Origin: an uncultured Anaerolineales bacterium
Lineage (GTDB): Bacteria; Chloroflexota; Anaerolineae; UBA7937; B3-Chlor
Length of the DNA stretch: 56,625 nt
Assembly (NCBI GenBank): GCA_964573815.1
Contig: CAZNMJ010000001.1
Location: 1 to 56,625 of the forward strand
Reading direction: 5' to 3'
In this document: positions 49,893-56,625 of the stretch, in pieces
How the letters are laid out: each line of letters begins with the position of its first letter
Position numbering within the stretch: the stretch's first letter is position 1
Made by a program: the position numbers and the translations under genes
Notes under the pieces: generated by a model
Told to the model about the DNA's origin: nothing
What the model saw: only the letters and a program-made list of their open reading frames with translations
Databases searched by the model: none

Positions 49893-50128
49893 TGCCCTAC
49901 CTAGCCCTGCCACGCCGCGCCAGACCCCACCATGCCGAACCGCACCGCGCCTAGCCCGAGCCTACCTGGCCGCACCAAGCCTAGCCCAGCCGTACCACGC
50001 CCTGTTCTCACTGATAAATGAGATCGATGGAACCCCTACCCTGCCAAGCCTGGGCTAACCCTACCCCACCGTGCCCGACCTCGCCTGGCCCCGCCGGACC
50101 GGACCCCGCCTAGCCCTACCATACCACG
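49893..50128. repeat. C-rich degenerate repeat region: CCTAGCCC x4 (49900, 49950, 49980, 50109), a tandem ~30-bp pair at 49940..49999, and CCCCACC(A/G)TGCC x2
   Basis: Words read directly. The plus strand is strongly C>G, so the transcribed minus strand is G-rich with several GGG/GGGG tracts. Confidence 0.75.
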
Positions 50129-50142
50129 CCTTGAACAGAACA

Positions 50143-50454
50143 TCATCGCAACCCCGCCAACCGCCGAATCGTCTCTCCTATCTGAATCCCCGCCTCAGCC
50201 GCCAACCGCACCAACCGTCGCGCCGCTCTACGCTTCGCCTCGGCGGGTATCTTTGTTCGCGACAGCCGCGCCAGCGCGTTCCGAATCGCGTTCCGGTTAA
50301 AGGCACTACCGGGGCGACTCCGCACGGGCAAGTAGCACTTGGCTTTGATCTTCTCAGAGCGTGGCCGATTCAAGTCAACCAGGCAGACCCGGCAGAATTG
50401 CTCGGGCGTCAGGTTGCTCTCGGGCGTGCTCCAAGGCGCATTGGTGAATGGCAT
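50143..50454 (-). CDS. Hypothetical basic protein (103 aa)
   Basis: The start abuts the stop of the Mu-F-like gene. Confidence 0.55.
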   Translation of the reverse strand: MPFTNAPWSTPESNLTPEQFCRVCLVDLNRPRSEKIKAKCYLPVRSRPGSAFNRNAIRNALARLSRTKIPAEAKRRAARRLVRLAAEAGIQIGETIRRLAGLR

Positions 50455-51533
50455 CAGGCGGCCTCCTTGTAGTATGTCTTCGCCCCATCCTCTAGAAGCG
50501 ATTTCAAGCTAGCTTCCGTGTACGTTACGCCCCAATCCGGATCCTCTTTCCGCGCACTCAACTGCGCGAACTCGAATGCTCCGTCCTTCCACGCACGCCA
50601 CTTGGCATCGCCCATCATGCTCGTCTGAATCCCTTGGGGCTGCCGATTGAACCAATCCTCGCCGCTCTCGATATCAGGTCTGGTCTCAGGCAGGCCTTTC
50701 AGGCCAAGCTCCTCGAAAGTGACCGTAACCGGCACCATTGCGCAGCGCCCATTGGGATGATCGTCCAGCGTCTCACTCAGGGGAAACTCAGTGCCATGAA
50801 GGGCAATACATGACATACAGCTTCGCGGCCCAAGCTCCGCGTGCCATATCCAATTCTTCACCACATGCGCGTTCTGCCGATAACTGGTCACCGTGGCCAA
50901 GCGGTGTGCCCGCATGTGCTCGGTGCGGCTGATTTTCAACGCGTCGCTCAAGGGCAACCCAAACGCCCGCCGCATCTCGCGCGCCGTGGCCCTCGGCCCC
51001 TTCCCCGCCACCACGCTCGCCACCAGGGTGTCGCCAATGCCCCGCGCGGCTTCGGCCCCGTAGCGGCTCAATGTGCGTGTCCAGAGGGCCGTATCCTCCT
51101 GGAGCACCTCCACCAGCGCCTCTACCGCTTGATTGGGCATGACGCCGAATGTCGTCATGATGTCAGCTCGCACAGGCGGGGGCACGGCGGAAAAGGACGC
51201 CTGGACCAATTCCGCCGATTGCCGGACACCCAATGCCGCCATCTCAACCTGACCCGCTTGGGCCTCAGCCTCGATGACCGCCGCGAACTTCTGCATCTCT
51301 CCCTCGACGGAACCCATCAAGTAGCGATACCGCTTCATGCGCCGAATCTCGCCCTTGCCAATCTCCTGCCCCTTAGCCCGCATGACCTCAAGCTGGGCAA
51401 TCAGCGTGTCGGCCTGCCCTCGCAACCTTTCGTGCACCCGCCGGTACGCGGCCATCAATCGTCGGGCGTGCTCCCGCTCGACCGCCACGAATTGGCTCCG
51501 CATCTGGGCCAGGATCGCCTGATTGATGGGCAT
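50454..51533 (-). CDS. Head morphogenesis protein (SPP1 gp7 / Mu F-like)
   Basis: CMSCIALHGTEFPLSETLDDHPNGRCAMVP is the characteristic C..C...G...HPNCRC-type motif (expected PF04233). ATG 51533 is preferred over the longer track start. Confidence 0.75.
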   Translation of the reverse strand: MPINQAILAQMRSQFVAVEREHARRLMAAYRRVHERLRGQADTLIAQLEVMRAKGQEIGKGEIRRMKRYRYLMGSVEGEMQKFAAVIEAEAQAGQVEMAALGVRQSAELVQASFSAVPPPVRADIMTTFGVMPNQAVEALVEVLQEDTALWTRTLSRYGAEAARGIGDTLVASVVAGKGPRATAREMRRAFGLPLSDALKISRTEHMRAHRLATVTSYRQNAHVVKNWIWHAELGPRSCMSCIALHGTEFPLSETLDDHPNGRCAMVPVTVTFEELGLKGLPETRPDIESGEDWFNRQPQGIQTSMMGDAKWRAWKDGAFEFAQLSARKEDPDWGVTYTEASLKSLLEDGAKTYYKEAA

Positions 51534-51541
51534 TCGGCCCC

Positions 51542-51751
51542 CTACAGCAACCCCGCCAGCGGATTCCCGAACAACAGAACCCACAGCACGACCATGCCTA
51601 CACCGGCCAACCACACGCTGAACATCAGCCCCAAGCCGAACTGCACTCCATCTCCGAATGTGAGCCGCTTAGCCTTCGGGACCTTCCGCTCAATCGGGTC
51701 AATAATCACTTTCTTTTGGCACCAAGGACATAAGATTTCACGCGCAGACAT
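51542..51751 (-). CDS. Small Zn-ribbon plus TM protein (69 aa)
   Basis: CPWCQKK followed by LGLMFSVWLAGVGMVVLWVLLFG. The ATG overlaps the portal stop (TAATG). Confidence 0.5.
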   Translation of the reverse strand: MSAREILCPWCQKKVIIDPIERKVPKAKRLTFGDGVQFGLGLMFSVWLAGVGMVVLWVLLFGNPLAGLL

Positions 51752-53121
51752 TATTCCTCCGCCCCTCGTCCCGTCTCCCATTCGCGGAGAATCATCGCCC
51801 CGACGTTGCCCCCCGCGACCTCCTCCGCCTCAAGCCGTGTCTTCTCCGCATCTACGTCTAATCCGCGCCGTGTCTGAACGGTCTCCTTGCTAGCCAGTTC
51901 GTAATCGCGTTCAAACTTGTCACGCTCGATAGAAGCCTTCTCGTCCACTGGAAGCGGATCAGCCCAGTGTAACGTAGCGATGTGATCAGGTCCTTTCCCA
52001 TCCATCTCCAGCAACCGCCGTACGAGCTCAATCAGCATGTCGCCATAGAGTCGCCGCTTGACTTCGGTCTTCTCTAGCAGATCACCGTACAGGATACGCA
52101 AGGCGAATCCCGACAATGCACCGACATTCATAACCGCCGGATCAATCCGCGGAATCCGCGCTCCGGCCAAGAACCAGTTGATCAGCCGATCGAAGAAATT
52201 CAGGGACGCCCCAAGATCGGACTGCATTTCCAGGTTCTTTACCCACGCCTTTTCGTCGGGTAACACCAAAGTCTCGTCCGTAGCGATCTTGACATCTTCG
52301 GCCTTGAATCCGGCACCGATCGTCTTGGGATGCTGATGGTAACGAATGATCCGTTGCATGTTCGAGGCCAGATAGTTGATCCCGTCCTGCTCGCTCAGAT
52401 CTTCGAGGTCACTCTGTCCGTAGTAGGAGCCTGGGTTGATCAAATTCTGGCAATCAAGCATGGGCGGCCAATCCCACTGCCAATCTACCCGCGGATGCTG
52501 AGGATCTTCCATCCAAGCCGCTGATCCCTCAGCAATCCACTGCGCGATGCTCCACCGGCCGTCGTTGTCCCGCTCGATGTCCTGCCGGCGCGAAACACCC
52601 ACTCCCGCTCTACTTCTCTCCTCCCATTCGATACGATATCGCCAAGCGTCGTCTATGTCCTCGCCCGCGTAGTAGACGGTCACGTACTCAGCCTCAATGT
52701 TGACCAGCCGAGGTGGATCCCCTTGCTTCGCGCTCGGCACGATCTTCAAGAAAACGTGACCAGTCACTCCACCACTTATAGCCAAACGCAAAAGCAGAGT
52801 GTGTAGCTTATTCCTCTGCCATATCCGTGTCAGCCACTCCTCCTCGGGCGTCGTTTCGCCCTCTTGCAATTCGATCACAAGCGGCTTACCAAACAAAAAC
52901 GCCGCGCCCTTGTCCACGATGAGCCTAGCGAGGTTGATGGTAACGTTGTCGTCAGGTTGGCCCCGGCGCACGACGAGCATCTGCTTGTGGAAGCCGTTGT
53001 AATACTTCCAGTTCCTGGCTATCTGCTCCAGCCGCTTGCGCCGTTGCTCCAGCATGCGCTCCGCGAACAACTGAGCCTGGAGCGAGGGTCCGCCGAATGT
53101 GAGTTGGACTACCATCTTCAC
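51751..53121 (-). CDS. Portal protein
   Basis: 456 aa, directly after terL. The GTG start overlaps the terL stop (GTGA). SPP1 Gp6-like expected. Confidence 0.75.
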   Translation of the reverse strand: MKMVVQLTFGGPSLQAQLFAERMLEQRRKRLEQIARNWKYYNGFHKQMLVVRRGQPDDNVTINLARLIVDKGAAFLFGKPLVIELQEGETTPEEEWLTRIWQRNKLHTLLLRLAISGGVTGHVFLKIVPSAKQGDPPRLVNIEAEYVTVYYAGEDIDDAWRYRIEWEERSRAGVGVSRRQDIERDNDGRWSIAQWIAEGSAAWMEDPQHPRVDWQWDWPPMLDCQNLINPGSYYGQSDLEDLSEQDGINYLASNMQRIIRYHQHPKTIGAGFKAEDVKIATDETLVLPDEKAWVKNLEMQSDLGASLNFFDRLINWFLAGARIPRIDPAVMNVGALSGFALRILYGDLLEKTEVKRRLYGDMLIELVRRLLEMDGKGPDHIATLHWADPLPVDEKASIERDKFERDYELASKETVQTRRGLDVDAEKTRLEAEEVAGGNVGAMILREWETGRGAEE

Positions 53122-54506
53122 CCGTTCGCCTTAGTCCATTCATCGAAACAAGCCCTACAGAAGTTGCGCTGACTCCAGCGTTTGTGCGCTGTCGATGAAG
53201 AATGGACCCGGGCGGCCCGTTCACGTCGCGTCAGGCCCAGGTCTGCGTCCGTAATCGGCTCGTAGAGATTCGGCATGGTCGTAACGACGCCCCCGACGTT
53301 ACAGCCCTTCCACGCCAGGGCCCGCGCCATCACGGTATCATCGTGAACGCCACTCGGCGCGCTATAGGTCGGCCTGCCTGTATTCGCGCTGTACTTCACC
53401 TCGTAAGCCTCCAACTCGGCGCTCCACAGTCTGTCATTCTGCCACTGGCACTCGGCCTTCTCGAGTGCCAGTCGAAGGCTCTCGATGAGCGGGGGCTTGC
53501 TGGAGGGCGTGGTCGGGAAGGGTTCTATTCTCACGCCATTGAGCCCCGAGTCATGCTTGAGCTCGTCTATCACCGCTTCACCCATCGAGTTCGATTCGGG
53601 AACGATGGTCTTCACGCCCCAGCGGTTCACGAGTTCGACCAACCGGCCACGCTGGTAGTGATAGTCGATCTTATTGAACCTGTCCCGCGCCACCTCGACG
53701 TGGCAATCCGCGCAAACGGCGCTGAAGGCCGAGTAGTCCTGGAGCTTGCCCCAGTCGATGCCCGCCACGATCCGGTGCTCGGCGTGGTCTCCCGGCCTCA
53801 CGTCCAACGGCGCATTCATGCAAGCCGCGATGTTTCTGAAAACGAATCCCTCGTTCTCCAGGAATTCCGCGAGTATTTCCTGTCTGTACCCATCCTCGGA
53901 TAGGTCGCCAGCGATCTCGGCGAGCGCCGCTTGATTCAAGTGAGGATTGTCAAGGCTCGTGAAATGCCAACTGCGCCATCGAACGCCATCTTCCAATGCG
54001 CGCACGTAGAACGCGAAGAACTGGTTTTTGCGCCGGGGCGTCGAGATGAACCAAGCATCGCCGTTATTGTCCAGAAGCATCGGCGCACCCACTTTGTCCC
54101 AGGCATCCGGACCCATTCCAGCGAATTCGTCGAAGACCAAGAAGTCAGCGTAGTCGCCTCGCAACGTGTCGGCGTCCCATGCGGTTTTCGCTCGGATGCG
54201 ACCACCCTTGGGAAAGCCCGACAATAGGCGACGATTCTCATTCTTCCGGATCACGCCGTATGTCAACGCATCCCCAAGCCAATCCTTGCATTTGTCCCAG
54301 AAGGCGTCCGCCTGCTCCTGGGTTGGGGATGCGAATAGTACCCGCCGGCCAGCCAGCGCCCTTTCCACGCCGACCATCGCCGCGAGTGTAGTTTTGCCCG
54401 CCCGCCGTCCGGCGCAGATCACGTTCCGCTTGGCACTACTCGCGCGGATCGCCGCCTGCATCGGATGTGGCTTCGGCAATTTTATCCTTAGTACCGTCGT
54501 CTCCAT
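53118..54506 (-). CDS. terL: Terminase large subunit
   Basis: Walker A CAGRRAGKTT and Walker B FLVFDEF. Overlaps terS by 71 nt (alternative ATG at 54461). Confidence 0.85.
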   Translation of the reverse strand: METTVLRIKLPKPHPMQAAIRASSAKRNVICAGRRAGKTTLAAMVGVERALAGRRVLFASPTQEQADAFWDKCKDWLGDALTYGVIRKNENRRLLSGFPKGGRIRAKTAWDADTLRGDYADFLVFDEFAGMGPDAWDKVGAPMLLDNNGDAWFISTPRRKNQFFAFYVRALEDGVRWRSWHFTSLDNPHLNQAALAEIAGDLSEDGYRQEILAEFLENEGFVFRNIAACMNAPLDVRPGDHAEHRIVAGIDWGKLQDYSAFSAVCADCHVEVARDRFNKIDYHYQRGRLVELVNRWGVKTIVPESNSMGEAVIDELKHDSGLNGVRIEPFPTTPSSKPPLIESLRLALEKAECQWQNDRLWSAELEAYEVKYSANTGRPTYSAPSGVHDDTVMARALAWKGCNVGGVVTTMPNLYEPITDADLGLTRRERAARVHSSSTAHKRWSQRNFCRACFDEWTKANG

Positions 54507-54960
54507 AGCTCACGCTCAAGATAACTTCGCCCTGATGCTCCACCTCTCTGCGTTCCACGAACATGCCCAGGTGCTTGGCCAACATCTCGTCAGCATGTTC
54601 TGGGTCTCGCAGTTCTATCGTAGTGCCGTACTGCGTGACCCGCACCCCCTTGATCATCCAACCGAGGCCAGCCTCCTTGAGTGCCTCCACCTCCAGGCCA
54701 CCCTCCATCACGTAAGGAGAGAAGTCTACAGAGGCGGTTCGCACCCATCGACTGAGAACGGCCAATTCATCGCCCCCAGCCTCATGAAGCCGCTGCCGGA
54801 TGGCTTCCCGCACCTCAACAAGACTCAACAAACGCGATCCTTGGCGCTGCGGAAATGCGTAACCTGCTTTCTCCGCAGACCTTTTCGCATTGAGAAAAGT
54901 CGCTTCGCCCTGGGCCAGAAAAGCGTCTATGAAAACCCGTCGCTTGTAGGTGAGCGCCAT
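54436..54960 (-). CDS. terS: Terminase small subunit
   Basis: MALTYKRRVFIDAFLAQGEATFLNAKRSAEKAGYAFPQRQGSRLL matches the Terminase_2 N-terminal HTH pattern (expected PF03592). Confidence 0.7.
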   Translation of the reverse strand: MALTYKRRVFIDAFLAQGEATFLNAKRSAEKAGYAFPQRQGSRLLSLVEVREAIRQRLHEAGGDELAVLSRWVRTASVDFSPYVMEGGLEVEALKEAGLGWMIKGVRVTQYGTTIELRDPEHADEMLAKHLGMFVERREVEHQGEVILSVSYGDDGTKDKIAEATSDAGGDPRE

Positions 54961-54979
54961 CAGTCGATCCAACCAACAG

Positions 54980-55027
54980 AAAAAGCCACCCGCCCGAGAG
55001 ACGTACTATCCCTCGATACGGGTGGCT
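54980..55027 (-). terminator. Rho-independent terminator on the minus strand just upstream of terS
   Basis: Stem AGCCACCCG/CGGGTGGCT (54984-92 / 55019-27), followed on the minus strand by TTTTT. Confidence 0.5.
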
Positions 55028-55102
55028 AATGTCCGCGATCAGCCGAGTTGTCCCCGGAAAAGCTTCCGGTGCGGGGTGGCTAATATCCCCGCTGTCAGCC
55101 GA
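55020..55102. repeat. Direct repeat GGGTGGCTAAT-(g/a)TCC-n-CG...TCAGCCGA x2 (55020..55046, 55074..55102) flanking the hairpin CCGGAA-aagc-TTCCGG
   Basis: Read directly in the 135-bp gap upstream of terS. Candidate pac/TerS-binding or regulatory sites. Confidence 0.6.
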
Positions 55103-55107
55103 TTCAA

Positions 55108-55308
55108 TTATAAGCGATTTGATACCTTGCTGTCAAGTCGAATCCAGACATTGAGTTCGCGGCAGAAGGGACAGTGGATAGCGGCCTTGCCGTCCTTTCT
55201 CAGCACCACGTCGGCACCTTGCGCCCGTGCCTCCTCATCCCATACCCAGGCCAGGATTCCGTTGCACTTCTTACAGCGCCAGGGTATGGCCCTGGGTTCA
55301 GAAGTCAC
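55108..55308 (-). CDS. Zn-ribbon protein (66 aa)
   Basis: GTG at 55308 overlaps the upstream stop (GTGA). CKKC...CPFC. Confidence 0.5.
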   Translation of the reverse strand: MTSEPRAIPWRCKKCNGILAWVWDEEARAQGADVVLRKDGKAAIHCPFCRELNVWIRLDSKVSNRL

Positions 55309-55568
55309 GGCAGCATTATCCTCCGCCAAGCGTCGTAGTGAATGCCCAAGGCTTCCATGCACCGTTTGACCTCCACTTGCAGCATCGGCGGGTCTACGTC
55401 GAGCCAAGCCATCCAGTCATAGGCGTCCTGCGAGTGCAGATAGACCCAGTTCCCGTGCATTTTCGCCTCGCCGACGATGGCGCAGGCCAGCGCGTGCCAG
55501 GGCGTGGCGAAATCCTCGACGCAGAGGTAGCCCAGATAGGGACGGCGACCGTGACCGAGCTTCCTCAC
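55305..55568 (-). CDS. Hypothetical protein (87 aa)
   Basis: The GTG start overlaps the upstream stop (GTGA). Confidence 0.5.
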   Translation of the reverse strand: MRKLGHGRRPYLGYLCVEDFATPWHALACAIVGEAKMHGNWVYLHSQDAYDWMAWLDVDPPMLQVEVKRCMEALGIHYDAWRRIMLP

Positions 55569-55918
55569 GTTGTCACCGCTATGGTTTGGCGCAGGGCTTC
55601 CAACTCAGCCACCAGCCCCGTATCCGCAAGGCTCGCCGCATCCCCGAACCATCGGATGAAATCAAGAAGGCTCATAGAAACCCTGTCATCATCATACCGC
55701 ATACCCTTCTCATGCTGGATAACCAGCTTCAACTGACCATAGCGAGCGTGCCGCCGACCCTTCCGCACTGCCTCCCAGACATACTCGGGAATCAGGCCAA
55801 CCTCTACCTCAGCCGAGAACCAACTCCCGTCAATGTCCATGTTGCCGGGGCCACCGATACGCTTCGCGTTCAGGCGTTTGGCGATTGCTCGTTCTACGTG
55901 ATAGCCCTTATGCGCCAT
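55565..55918 (-). CDS. Hjc/PD-(D/E)XK-like endonuclease (Holliday-junction-resolvase-like), tentative
   Basis: GAGGAGGG SD before ATG 55918. KGYHVERAIAKRLNAKRIGGPGNMDID...SAEVEV resembles the G...ER...R..GSG..D(I/V)...E.K layout of Hjc-type resolvases, but the Lys position is not obvious. Confidence 0.35.
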   Translation of the reverse strand: MAHKGYHVERAIAKRLNAKRIGGPGNMDIDGSWFSAEVEVGLIPEYVWEAVRKGRRHARYGQLKLVIQHEKGMRYDDDRVSMSLLDFIRWFGDAASLADTGLVAELEALRQTIAVTT

Positions 55919-56303
55919 CCCTTTCGACCCTCCTCGCACCAATCCGCTCTAGCAATATCTCTTCACGGAACCACCTTCCTCGGTCCGCAGTAAGTTTCTT
56001 CTCGTTCTGGATGATAATATCAGGAGCCTGCAACTCTTCGAGCCGTGCCAGCCTGCCCTCACGATATTTTAGCGCGTACCACGCTCGCCACACCCTCTGC
56101 GTTCGCCACTTTTTGCGAGCCACCTTCTGGCGAAAGCCTTTCAACCAACTCTCCAATTTCTCAGCGTGCGAAAGCGAGGCCATCTCAGCATAGAGTCCAT
56201 AATAGTCATCCTTCAGCTCCTGATATGCTTCGAGCAGCTTTTTGTGCTCTCGCCGATGCTTCTTAGCGGCCTGTTTCCAAGCTAGTGACCATTCACTCAT
56301 CAT
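55908..56303 (-). CDS. Hypothetical basic coiled-coil protein (131 aa)
   Basis: ORF coupled to its neighbours (ATGA overlap at 56300..56303). Confidence 0.55.
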   Translation of the reverse strand: MMSEWSLAWKQAAKKHRREHKKLLEAYQELKDDYYGLYAEMASLSHAEKLESWLKGFRQKVARKKWRTQRVWRAWYALKYREGRLARLEELQAPDIIIQNEKKLTADRGRWFREEILLERIGARRVERDGA

Positions 56304-56625
56304 TCCACCTCCACGCCCAGCGCGCGTAGCGCGGCGAGGGAGATATGGCGTGGCGCACTCTTCCCTTTGCCGAAACCATACCGACCATCTTCTACATGGT
56401 AGAAATTCACATCATCCCCACCCGGCCCATAAATGAAAGTCATGGTGAAGCCCAGGTCGGCCATCCTCTCGATCACCCGTCCCGCGTCGGCCCAGGATTC
56501 GAGTGGGTTCCAGGCCTCCGCCACAATACATCCATCATTGTCGAACCAAAGTTCAGTTATTTTGCCCTTATGCCATCCCCCCATGACCTTCTCGGCCACG
56601 AGGCTACGCAGCTCTTCGGGTGTCG
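56300..56625 (-). CDS. Phage ABA-sandwich-domain-like protein. Its 5' end lies across the circular junction (true ATG = position 59 of the left copy), about 109 aa.
   Basis: ELRSLVAEKVMGGW...WNPLESWADAGRVIERMADLG...ISLAALRALGVEV fits the pattern of that family as I recall it (expected PF18066). The reading frame stays open to the window edge. Confidence 0.6.
   Translation of the reverse strand, partial: TPEELRSLVAEKVMGGWHKGKITELWFDNDGCIVAEAWNPLESWADAGRVIERMADLGFTMTFIYGPGGDDVNFYHVEDGRYGFGKGKSAPRHISLAALRALGVEVE
56571..56625. repeat. Terminal direct repeat, right copy (identical to 1..55)
   Basis: Read directly. Confidence 0.95.

Overview
The window is a complete temperate siphovirus-like phage genome of about 56.57 kb from a visibly GC-rich host. 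It is circularly closed or circularly permuted: nt 1..55 are repeated exactly at 56571..56625, and a minus-strand ORF is continuous across that junction. I count about 90 genes. Almost all lie on the minus strand in one tightly packed series with strong GGAGG-type Shine-Dalgarno sites and many ATGA/GTGA stop-start overlaps. The exceptions are a plus-strand lysogeny block (15737..21010: CI-like repressor, moron genes, large serine integrase) and one opposite-strand homing-endonuclease-like gene (23347..23931). Recognisable modules, in order of minus-strand transcription: (1) a Cro/CI switch with a perfect TTGACA-17-TATAAT promoter and three operator-like repeats; (2) early genes, including a recombination-type protein with an SSB-like EEIPF tail, many Zn-ribbon proteins, two signal-peptide proteins, and a radical SAM / HNH / DNA methyltransferase group; (3) a replication initiator with internal iterons plus a G39P-like loader; (4) across the junction, a resolvase-like nuclease, terS, terL, portal, Mu-F-like head protein, scaffold and major capsid; (5) head-tail connectors, tail tube, G/GT chaperones with an A_AAA_AAC slippery site, tape measure, Dit, a 1463-aa tail protein and a LamG fibre; (6) a GH-like endolysin, an XhlA-like protein and a holin. 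Most unusual observations: (i) a 549-bp intergenic array of 30 short cores spaced exactly every 18 bp with hypervariable 9-bp spacers, directly upstream of a protein resembling only the C-terminal Tnp domain of IS110 recombinases; (ii) a ~10-kb sugar-biosynthesis/glycosyltransferase island (3 GTs, 2 SDR enzymes, 2 radical SAM, 2 methyltransferases) inserted between capsid and connector genes; (iii) nested inside that island, an AT-richer ParB-methyltransferase/nuclease-like pair that carries a perfect 36-bp palindrome; (iv) a 550-bp helix-rich non-coding gap; (v) a C-rich repeat region in the head module; (vi) an in-frame TGA splitting the initiator N-terminus. All functional calls come from reading motifs by eye. 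No database search, folding or alignment was run. Pfam names are expectations to be tested, not results.
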